Assembly (NCBI GenBank): GCA_030704615.1
Contig: CM060733.1
Coordinates: 66,154,001-66,218,000 of the forward strand
Reading direction: 5' to 3'
Length of the DNA: 64,000 nt
DNA from: Takakia lepidozioides
Lineage: Eukaryota > Plantae > Bryophyta
Below, piece after piece: positions 24,060 to 34,787 of this stretch. The notes under the pieces were generated by a model. That model saw only the letters and a list, made by a program, of their open reading frames with translations, ran no database searches and was not told the DNA's origin. The position numbers and the translations under genes were made by a program. Numbering within the stretch: the first letter of the stretch is position 1; each line of letters begins with the position of its first letter.

Positions 24060-26027
24060 TGTTCGCCGAACTCTTGGATCTCGAGCTCATTCAAAAAGCC
24101 ATGGCTAAAACAGACCGGACATGGTATCGGCTCACTATGGATGGAATGGTAGAGATAATATATGAAGTAAGTCGTCCTCCCATTTTCTTGCCTGCTCCTT
24201 CCCCAATTTCCAGTCATCTGTCCACATGGATCGTATGTACTCCTGGACATCGGGATCTACTAGTATAGGAGGGTTCGTGGGAAGAGGGACCTCTGTGACT
24301 TCGTCTTCTGAACTGTCCGAGAGGTTGACAAATGTCATGGAGGTAGTTTCTTCTGTCTTGATGGGGACTGATTTTGGCGCCTGCGCCACCGAAGCTGCTG
24401 TTCCGGGCGTGAGTATAGTGTCCGATGAAAGGCGTCTCTGATCTCCATGAACGCGGTACTTGGCGGGTGGAACTCTCCACTCTCTTCGACCATCCCGTTT
24501 TTGCGGCTTTTGAACCTGTGTTCCCTCAACCTTCCCACTACTATCGTACACCTCTCTAACCACATGGACGGTCCCTGGCTCAAAGCGGAATGTTATGCAA
24601 ATCAAATCCTCCTCAACAACGGCCAGTCCATTGTCGGCGGCCACGGCGCTCAGGTACTCGGCTTGCAGAGGGGAGTACAATATTACCACGTCAGGGGCAG
24701 TCCAAAACATTGCAGGCATTGACGGACCACTTGAAGGAAGCCGGGGTAAAGTCCAGAACCAAGTACAAAGTCAAAGCTTGTGAAGCTGGTGGCCATTGCA
24801 GATCCGACTCTCGGAAAGGACTTCATCCCCGAGATTGCAAGACATTATTCTCGGGCTATGCAGCCGACCATGCAGTTGGAGAAACTGAAACACCTCTCAA
24901 CGACATGTGTGGAGGCGAAATATAAGGTGAGGTTGCACTGCACTGAATTTCCTTTTTAGCAATAGCGACTGTACTTTCTGCTCCTGACATTGGATCGGAA
25001 ATGGCAGACAAGGTGGTTGTCGATCTGGAATGCATCGGAGAGTATAAGGACCATGTGGTCTTTTCCACTCGAAGTTTCCGACCCTGCCGTGGATCTCTGG
25101 CTCAACCGCATGACTTGGTGGTTCCAGGTAATTCAAGGTACTTCCCCCCATTTCCTTTGCTGGCATAAATTCCATGAACGGCTCTGTGACAATGCATGTT
25201 GTAAATGTAGATAATGACAAATGCGAAGGAGCAAGTCATACTCCATACAAATTTGTTCGACTTGTATGTCAAATGGAATGGAGCACAGACATTGGAAGAG
25301 TACGTGACACGTTTCAGATGTGCATACAAGGACTCCCTCTTCGCCAGGGAGCTGCAGACAGCAAGAAGGAGCGTGGAGTTCACACATCAGGAAGGGGCGG
25401 GAAAAGCAGCAATGCGAATTGTGTACAGGTAAAGCACAACTCCCGTTGTATGCAAAACCTGGGATCTCAGTGTGCCTCAGAAATGCGGCATCGCATTCGC
25501 ACTTTCTGTTTTTGGTTGCACTCTGCGAATACATTGTTCAAAACCTGTACTCACGCATGTGGACTGTGTTGCAGATATATGAAATACGTGCTACTTAAGA
25601 CAGGGGCCCTGGCGCAAGAGCCCCCATTTTTTATGCTTGGACCGTGCCGGGCGCAAGCTGTGTCTACACACCAGAGATGCAAAAACAATGGCATGCCTCG
25701 CATCTCGCTGGATGCCCCTGGTACCTGGACATGTCTGGCGGACTTGTTGACGAATCGGAGAAAGAGCTGCACGCAAAAGCGGAGGAGAAGAGAAGGGAAA
25801 GACGTGTCCCTGGTGGAGCCTGAAAAGGCAAAGGACGCTGTTACTCTGGAAGAATCCAGAAAGACAGCTGAGATGGCACAAAAGACGGTGGATGCAGCTG
25901 TGCAGGCTCAACAGAAGGGATTGCAGAAGAGGACTCGCCAGCAAGCAGCAGCAGTTGTGACACCCAAGAAGACGAAGAAGCAGAAATAGAAAGAGCAGGA
26001 AGAGGGTGAAGAAGAGGGCGAAAATGG
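24060..26027 (+). pseudogene. Middle exons of a B-type ParB-MTase gene, opposite orientation to its other parts, cut by CACTA #2
   Basis: TWYRLT..IIYE|gtaag vs A TWYNLT..YLYA|gtaag; RWLSIWN vs RWLEIWN; RYMKYVLL...CPWYLD vs RYFRFVLI...CGWYVD; motif-B palindromes at 24023 and ~25480. Confidence 0.7.
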
Positions 26028-28401
26028 CACTAGAAGGAAAACGCGGAATAACCACTTTGTTAACCACTCATTTTGAGTGGTAAGAGATACTAAACCACTC
26101 TGGCCCCAGAGTGATGAAGAACCAGTGGATTAGGACAAGTGAGTGGTAAAAGACATTACGTGGCATCAGTGGTTAAGGACAGTGGTTCGAACCACTCACG
26201 TCCGGGTCCACCTGTTCGCTGACATGTCACAGTGGTAAATTAACCACCGTAACGTGTCAATGACGTGTCACTGAGGTAAACCAACCACTTCTGACGTGTC
26301 ACAGTGGTAAAGTAACCACTTCCGTTTTCCAGTGGACATGTGGAAGTCGGTGGTCCGTGGATGATATTGGAGATTATGTTGACACGTCTCAGCATGGACA
26401 CGTGTCATGTGTCGGTGCTACGAAATGGATGGAGTGAAAAATTCAATGACTTCCGAAACTACTTGTTGAGTGATCGCGAAATGACTCACATAGTCATTCT
26501 ATGAAAACTGAGAATATACAATATCACTCAAACCGTGGTTATGTGAGTGGATGACATCTCTCAGCAGGTCATTGGAATGATTACCCACATAGTGGTATGT
26601 AAGTTGTTTGAATCATCCACGGTGTCTCTCTGAGTGGGAACTATGGATTGGAATGATTACTAACAGAGTGGTGTGTAAGTGATTATGAATACCACTGGAG
26701 GAATTCATACCACTAATACAGTAATATATAGGTGATTACTTATACCACTACAGGAGTGGTAATGGAGGCAATTGTGTGTATTTGGCTACTCTTACAGTTT
26801 TAAATTATACCACTATTACAGTGGCGTGCAAGTGATTAGGAACATAACTAGAGGAACACATACCACTAGTGTAGTGAAAGAAGTACCATTGGGGATTCCA
26901 CAAAATAAAATAAAATCCCAGAGAGTAAGTGCTGGAACACTGTCAACAAAATCCAGCCATGATAAAAGTCTGAGCCTAACTTCTACACGGCGTCTCCGCA
27001 TGCATGCTAGGAACACTTCTTCTCATTGCCGGCAATGTCTACGCCCGGGCAAACGAAATTGTAAGCCCTCTTCATGTTCTTATCTGGCCAGGGCTGCCAG
27101 GCTCACATTTGATGTAGATGTACACCAAGGGAATATTCATAATGACATCTGGTACAATTTCAGCTTTGATAATGTCACCATGAATCTCTTTGCCCCTTCC
27201 CAGGGCTGCTAGGCTCCCATATGCATATTACAAACACAAATGAACATGACCTGGTCTTGCTTCATCCCTTCCCACATCATTTGCTCCTAGGTTTCCAAAG
27301 CCTTAATCCCATACCCATGCTGCACACACCTTGCAATCCTTGCACTCCAAAACACCACATCTCGTTCAACCACCTCTCTTGATCCTCTTTCAGAAGCTGT
27401 GGTCATGGTTGAGGTGCCTGATTTTATCAACTGTGCCGCTGCAGCTGCTACCTTTAGTTGACCATCTACCCATGCAGCAGGTTTCTTGTAGCTATTGATC
27501 CACGTGGAATCATAGGTAATCTGGAGCTTGAAGTCCGGCCCTCTTGGATGAATCTAGACCCAAACTCTATCCCTGCTCCTTCAGCTATCCATGCCGCTGC
27601 ACAAATCATGCATACATCCTTGCTTTGCTGCTAGCACCTGACAATGACAGCCTAGATTTGTTCTAGGATACACCCAACTCAACTTATCATTATGGTCAAT
27701 TGCATCTGCTACTCTATGTAATCCAGCAGGCATTCACCTTTTTGCCTCGATTGTCCTACCATGGACTGGGGTCAGAAAAGTATTCATTCCACAGCTTCTC
27801 CTCGTCTCAGCTGTTACCTGTTTCTGGATACTTCCCTGTGTTCACATTGACAGTACCATGTCAAAGTCACTCCAAACTATCAAAGGTTCACTCAACCAGC
27901 TAACTTGCAGAATTCAACATGAAAATTTAGGGCCAATTCTGATAAGAGGGAAAAACAGGGTGAAAATGTGTTGAAGAAGGTGCCTTCATTAGTAGTGCCT
28001 GATTTTATCAATTGTGCTGCTGTTGCTGCGGCTTCCAGTTGACCATCTACCCATGCAGGTTTCTTGCAGCTATTGATCCACATGGAATTATAGGTAGTCA
28101 TGAGCTAGAAGTCCCGTCTTGGATGAATCTGGACCGGCCAGACTCTACCCCTGCTCCCTCAGCTATCCAAGCTCTGCACAAATCATGCATACATCCTTCC
28201 ATTGCTGCTAGCGGCTGACAATGACAGCCTACAATTGTTCCAGCAAACACCCAACCCTACTTATCACCCATGCAGAATTCAACATGCATCTCAGGGCCAA
28301 GTCTGATGAGAGGGCAAAACAGGCTGAAACATGCCCTCACCACATTGTCCTTGACCCATGGAGGATTTGACCGACCATCAACCCAAAAGGACCTTTTGTG
28401 T
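26028..28401. mobile_element. Left part of non-autonomous CACTA #2 with PPR/PDF cargo
   Basis: Starts CACTAGAAGGAAAACGCGG; dense ACCACT/AGTGGT subterminal repeats to ~26890; cargo 27080-28400 homologous to CACTA #1 cargo; matching right end not found. Confidence 0.75.
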
Positions 28402-31400
28402 CACTAGAAGAGAAATCGGCTTTTTCCACGGTTTTTTCCACACTTTTTGCTGTGGAATCAACCGCAATCCACACCTGCCGTGGGTGTAAGGAACGAGTAG
28501 TGCTTTCGGACACCCCGTGGACGGCCTGGCTCTTGGGTGGCCCTGTGGAAAAGTCCACGGGAGGCTTTTTCCACGGGTGGCTTTTTTCACGGGGTGCATG
28601 GTGACATGGCCGCTGACATGGCGGATGACATAGCTGACATGGCAGAGTGTGAAAAAGGCCAGTGTGGCTTGTTTCACGGCGGATTTCACACCTTGAACAA
28701 GCCATTATGTGACACGTGTCATATTTCACACCTTCGACAAGTCACTATGCAACACGTGTTCGTTCCTGTGTGGTGGTACGCATTAATTAATTAGTAATTG
28801 ATTTCCAATCTTAAGTTTGAATATTAATGGATTTAATTTATTGTTATTATTATGATGATGATTATTATTATTATAGGGAAAATGGACAGTGGCCTTGATG
28901 AGAACATTATTAAATAAAAATATTGAAATTGTATTTTTAGAAATTATATTTATTCGCTTAGATACCAAAACACACCCTTTGCAGGGAAGGAGTTTGCCTT
29001 AGTGTCTATGTTGAGTTGCGTCTCCTACTCTCTGTAATCTAATAGACATTCACCTTTTTCTCTTGGTTGTCCCACCCTTGACTGGGGTCAGAAAAGCATT
29101 CATTCCACAGCTTCTCCTCATCTCTGTTACATGTTTCTGGATATTTTTCTATTGTCACTTTGGCAGTATCATGTCAAAATCACTCCAAACTATGTACCAT
29201 CTACCCATGCAGGTTTCTTGTAGCTATTCTTCCACAGGGAATCATAAGTAATCTGGAGCTTGAAATCTGGCCCTCTTGGATGACACTCTATCCTTGCTCC
29301 TTCAGCTATCTATGCCTCTGCACAGATCATGCATACATCCTTGCATTGATGTTAGCAGCTGACAATGGCAGCCTAGATTTGTTCCAGCAAACACCCAACT
29401 CAACTTATCACACCAGTTCATATTCTCAATTGCATCTACCACTCTGTAATCAAAAGGCATTTACCTTCCAAGACGGTTGTCCCACCATTGACTGGGGTCA
29501 GAAAAGTATTCATTCTACAGCTTCTCCTCTACCTATTTCTGGATACTTTCCTATTGTCACTTTGGCAGTATCATGTCAAAGTCACTCCAAACTATCAAAG
29601 GTTCACTCAACCAGCTAACTTGCAGAATTCTTAAAATATGAAAATTTAGGGCGATTATGATAAGAGGGGAAAACAGAGTGAAATGTGTTGAAGAAGGTGC
29701 CTTGATTAGCATTGCCTGATTTATCAATTGTGTTACTGCTGCTGCGCCTTCCAATTGACCATCTATCCATGCAGGTTTCCTGGAGCTATTTTTCCACATG
29801 AAATCACCCCTTCCCGCATCATTGCTCATAGGTCTCCAAAGCCTCCATCCGCGCCCTTGCTGTGCATATCCTGCAATCATCGCACTCCACGACACCACAT
29901 CTTGTTCAGCCATACTGTCGAACACTTCCTTTGCATCCTCGATGCACCCACATTTGGCATATATGCAGTCCACTAGGGCAGTGTTCAGAATGACATTGGG
30001 TACAATCCCATATTTGACGATGTCACCATGGACCTCTTTGCCCTTTTCCAGAGCTCTCAGGCTTGCACATGCATTACAAACAAATGTGATGTGGTTGGGC
30101 TTCACCCCTTCGCGTAGCAGTTGCTCATAGGTCTCCAAAGCATTCCTACCACACCCATGTTAAATCCTGCCAACATTATATTCAACGTGATCAAAGTTCG
30201 TTGAGGCATTCCGTTGAACACTCGGTGTGCATTCATGATGCTCCTGCACTTAACATACATGTTCACAAGGGGGTTGAGGAGAAAAACACTTGGCGTTAAT
30301 CCACTTCGGATAATGTGAGTGTGCACCTGCTTTCCAGCTTCCAAACCCTTCATTTTGATGCACTTAAGCAAGAGATAGACATACATATATGAATCTGCTG
30401 AAATGCTCCTTGGTTTAAAGGTTGTAGAGCCTCTTTCAGTCTGCCTGCCTCACAAAGCATCTTCACATGCCCAAAAGAGCCAGAAGAGGCATTATGGACT
30501 CCCTCTCTTGATCCTCTTTTAGAAGCTGTGGTCATGGTTGAGGTGCCTGATTTGAATCAGGGCTGCTAGGCCTGAAATGCACACAAATATGATGTGGCCG
30601 GGCTGAACCCCTTCCCCCATCATTTGCTCATAGGTCTCCTAAGCCTCCATCCCACGTCCCTGTTGTGCATACCCTGCAAACATTGCACTCCACAACACCA
30701 CATCTCATTCAGCCATAGTGTTGAACACTCCCTTTGCATCCTCGATGCACCCACATTTTGCATACATGTCCACTAGGGTATTGTTCAAAATGACATTTGG
30801 TAAAATTCCAGCTCTGAAGGTGTCACCATGGACCTCCTTCCCCTTTTCCAGAGCTGCCAGGGCAGTGTTTCGAATGATATTAGGTGCAATTCCAGATTTG
30901 ATGATATCCCCATGCACCTCTGTGCCCTTCTCCAGGGCTGCCAGGCCTGCAATGCATACAAACATGATGTGGCCGGGCTGGACCCCTTCCCCCATCATTT
31001 GCTCATAGGTCTCCAAAGCCTCCATCCCACGTCCTTGCTGTGCATACCCTGCAAGCATCGCACTCCACGACACCACATCTCGTTCAGCCATAGTGTTGAA
31101 CACTCCCTTTGCATCCTCGATGCACCCACATTTTGCATACATGTCCACTAGGGTATTGTTCAGAATGACATTTGGTACAATTCCAACTCTGAAGATGTCA
31201 CCACGGACCTCCTTCCCCTTTTCCAGAGCTGCCAGGGCAGTGTTTAGAATGACATTAGGTACAATTCCAGCTTTGATGATATCCCCATGCACCTCTTTGC
31301 CCTTCTCAAGGGATGCCAGGCTTGCACAAGCATTGCAATGCACACAAACATGATGTGAGAGGGCAAAACAGGCTGAAATAGGTCAAAGAAGAAGATGCCC

Positions 31401-31820
31401 TCACCACATTGTCCTTGAGCTTGTGTCATGACTTGACCGACCATCAACCTAAAAGGACCTCTTGTGTGTGTTGCTTGTGTCTGTAGTCAGGTAATGTTGG
31501 ATTGGTCTGTGAGATCAAACCACCACGGTGCAGCTGAGTAGGCAGAGATTGAAAACACGGCCTGCTAAGACCAAGCTAACTCTTCCAAGAACGGCGAGCT
31601 CGCAAGAATGTTGCGAGCTTCTCCTCGTCTCATCTCCTCTTCCTCTCCTCCCACTTGCTCAACGCCTCCATCCCACGCCCCTGCATATCCTGCGATCATT
31701 GCGTTCCATCCCTTGGCTACATGGTGTGGCGCAGGAGTAAAAAAAAATGCCAAGTCCCAGCCCTCCTCTGTGTTCACGATTACCCTAATGGGCAACCTTA
31801 TTAGCAACTTTTTGACTTTT
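28402..31820. mobile_element. Left part of non-autonomous CACTA #3 nested in #2
   Basis: Starts CACTAGAAGAGAAATCGGC inside cargo that is uninterrupted at ~10175-10200; CCAC/GTGG subterminal repeats; 28880-29020 matches 7455-7590; right TIR not found. Confidence 0.75.
29800..31350 (-). pseudogene. PLS-class PPR gene fragments with 375-bp tandem duplication
   Basis: LCEAGRLKEAL, GKQVHTHII, LVDMYAKCGCIEDAKGVF..M.ERDVVSWSAMLAGYAQQG; ORFs 30718 and 31093 are offset by 375 bp; frameshifts. Confidence 0.9.
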
Positions 31821-31888
31821 TAATCTAATGCACTTTGATTCATTCTCGGTCAGAGGCTAAAATCCTGCTAAACTTACAATGATTCCAC

Positions 31889-32093
31889 TCACTCGTATTC
31901 TGGGTTCTCCTCAGCATCAATGTCCACCGTCTCTTCCTCCGAGTCCGAGGAATCCTCCGAGGAGTCAGTGCTGCGATGGCAGCTTTTGGCGATAGTTGTT
32001 GAAGCCCTTCCAGATGGGATCCCCACACGGATGTGTCCTCCTCGTAGGCAAAGACGTGCCGGTCGGAAAACCGGCCAGCCCACATTGAGGCAC
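31889..32093 (-). pseudogene. Last exon of B-type methyltransferase-like domain
   Basis: ag|GASMWAGRFSDRHVFAYEED aligns with A ag|GASFHACKYAGRHFFGMEGD at the same intron position; acidic tail VDIDAEENPEYE*. Confidence 0.65.
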
Positions 32094-32245
32094 CTGTGAT
32101 AATGGCATCCACTCATTATGCACAAATGGCCCTTCAGAAATGGAGAATCTGAACATAATGAAAATTCACAAAACAACATAGTATTAAAATCTGCAATCAA
32201 TGTTCCACAGATGAGAGCCTTCTGGATCATTTTTCCTTCACGTGA

Positions 32246-32770
32246 ATGTTAGATTGTGGTTCTCATTGGTCTGGGGAAGTGATTATTATGTGCAGGATTC
32301 CAAGATCTGCGTCGAAATCAGTGGCGCCTACATTTCTTGCCAGGGAGAATGTCCCGTTCTTTGTGAGGTCGGACTTCATGAAGAGCCCAGTGAAGGACTA
32401 CTCCCTTCCTAGTTATGCAGCTAAGCTTGCAAAGACAACGATTAGACGATGTGAGAATCCCAGTAAAGTAGAGCTGATTTTGGAGAGGGCTAGGGAGGAC
32501 AGAAGGAAGCGGAGAGAGTTGGCTGCAGCTGAGACAGGTAGACGCATCCGGAAGTATATATGTGATTCCGCGGAAGAGAGCGAAGCAGACAAGGAGGACG
32601 ACGACCCAACGGAGGTGAGATGATCAGTTCCACAAGGGGAAGATGGGATTTTTGAAAGCCTAGCCAACGACCAGTCCGCTGGACATAAGAAAGAAGATGA
32701 GGGGGTGGAAGGGGAGCACGACAGTCTAGGACAGGATGAGGATAGTGATGATGATTTCCAAGATGGGTAG
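32246..32770 (+). pseudogene. Unknown charged/acidic ORF with internal stop (element B cargo)
   Basis: ORF 32246-32623 continues in frame to ...DEDSDDDFQDG*; no recognisable domain. Confidence 0.35.
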
Positions 32771-32901
32771 AATTTTAAATAACACTTTGTACATTTTAAT
32801 TCTCTTCCTGAATATATAAAGGTATTTCTTTGCAGTTGAGGTCCCCTCTCCACTGTGCTTCAAAATGACACCATCTCTGAAACCACCTCCTTTTCAAAAC
32901 C

Positions 32902-33522
32902 GGAAATGCGGTGCCGCATTTCCATGTCGGAATGGAAAAACGGAAATGTGGCAACGGTAAATACATCGTTTTGGAAATGCGGCACCGCATTTCCATAAGC
33001 CGGACACCAACAATTTTCCATTTCCTGTTTTGGACATCCCAAATCGCAGGGCCGAACGGAAATGCGGTGCCGCATTTCAATTTTGTACATGGAAGTTTGT
33101 CCATTTCCTGCCCCTTGCCCGGAAATGCGGCACCGCATTCCATTGTGCTGGACGGAAATGCGGTGCCGCATTCCTATGTCGAATACAAAATTTCTATGTC
33201 GGATATGGACATGTGGTGCCACATTTGAAGGTCGAATATGGAAATGCGATGCCGCATTTCCAATTCGAAGTTGGAAATGCCATGTCAACAAAGGCATTTC
33301 CGTTGTGGAGACTGGAATGCGGCGCCGCATTTCCGTTGCGACCAGCACAGCGGAGTTGAAGCTGCCGGACAACTCCAGTTTTCCTCACCCTGTACAACAT
33401 ATGTGCCATATGGGTATGCACATACGCATTTTCAGTGACCCTGCAAGGCCCACTCTCCAATTCAGTCCACTGAAGGGTAGAAACAAAAGTGATTGGAAAA
33501 AGGAATGCGGCACCGCATTTCG
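32902..33522. repeat. Array of ~10 palindromic 22-bp motifs (motif B)
   Basis: GGAAATGCGG-NN-CCGCATTTCC at 32902,32973,33058,33121,33154,33207,33240,33273(variant),33313,33501. Confidence 0.95.
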
Positions 33523-33552
33523 GATCTGCATGGGAGGGGATGAGAATCTTAT

Positions 33553-34727
33553 GAGTTTAGGTCCGCCATAGCATTCTTGAGCAGGGAGGAGTCTGCCGCC
33601 ATCACCTTGAGGATGACACACTCCACCATGTAATGCCAGCCAATTTGTTTAGCATGGTTTTGCTTGATTTACTCCCACCAGGCAAGAAGTTGGGTATTCA
33701 TGTCCCACACAAAAAACATTTTGCCCGACATATGGCCAAAGTCTGGATCACCCTTCAACATTGTCTCGAATTCGTCGTTGCGAGTGTGCCAGTGGCGATC
33801 CCATACTGACAATTCTTCCGCTGTGGGCCCACAAGTTTCGCCGTCCTCATTCTCAATGGAAATGTAGAAGGCGGGAGAACCTAGACGATACCCTTCTCGA
33901 AATGCGCCTCCGCTGAGAGATTGATGACATCGGTCGCTTACGTTCCCTTGCCTGCAGCAGAGACGCCGCCAACATCACCTGTCTCAAAATCATGCAGGAA
34001 CTGGGCTTCAGCTCGTGGAACCGGTTTTGCGGGAGACTGCTCCGCCCTCCCTCTGATTGCCTTCTGCTTCTAATCTTTGCAGGTGAAGGTGTCTGCTGCA
34101 TCTGAATCTGCACTGCCCCCTTCTGCTTCATTCTCTTGGGGGGGGGGGGGGGGAACGGCTTGGTCCGATTCGGAAATCTCTTCAAGCACGGGCTTCTTCT
34201 TCTTGCTCTTTGCTGGAGAAGGGGACGACCCCTGCTGGCGATTGTCCATGAGCTTCAACCGTGCGTCTTTGTCTTGTGCTTTCAACTTCAAAGCCTTGTC
34301 TTTCCAAACTGCGTCCTTGAAACGCACAGGGCTAGGCCCGGCATGAAGACCCATGCTCGTCGATCGGTTGGGTGTGCGTGCTGCAGCTACCTCCACGGTT
34401 TGTTCCTGCGGCTCTTTGGATGCTTGGATCCCTCCACCACCTCCACCTTTGGAGTTAGGCATGCAAACATCTTCTACATTCAAGTGTCCTAACATATAGT
34501 CTAACAATTGCACAAAAAAGAGGAGGGAGGGTTTCGGTGCTCGATCAGCTGCGCGCATCCCGATAGCACAGAGCTCTCACTGGAGGCTGCGTTGCCTGCT
34601 ACTGCGTGATGACCATCTCCTCCTGAAGACGCATCTGCTTCTTCCCCTTCGGCATTGGCCTGGGTCCGAAGTACAACTTGTGGAGCTTGCGACGACGTCT
34701 CTTCTCCGGTGCAGGAAATTCCTCCAT
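33553..34727 (-). pseudogene. 5' exons and ParB-like exon of element B gene
   Basis: Manual translation of ~33553-33905: FREGYRLGSPAFYISIENEDG...WDRHW..RNDEFE..L..DP...MSGKMFFVWDMNTQLLAWWE*...WH..V...L...LKNAMADLN, collinear with the A ParB exon; donor mutated to ataag. Confidence 0.75.
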
Positions 34728-34787
34728 CTCAGGTTGGAGCATAAGAAAAACAGAGACACGCAGATGGAAAGGGCGCGAGAGGGGTGA

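Noticed and set aside
29557-31343. Functional PPR editing-factor gene
   Set aside because: Frameshifted, out of order, no E/DYW end, and located inside CACTA cargo
32796-33571. Repeat proteins (MRHRIS / GNAAPHF / KCGAAF ORFs)
   Set aside because: Translation artefacts of the stop-free motif-B palindrome in multiple frames; LRCRQRHLN peptides likewise come from motif A
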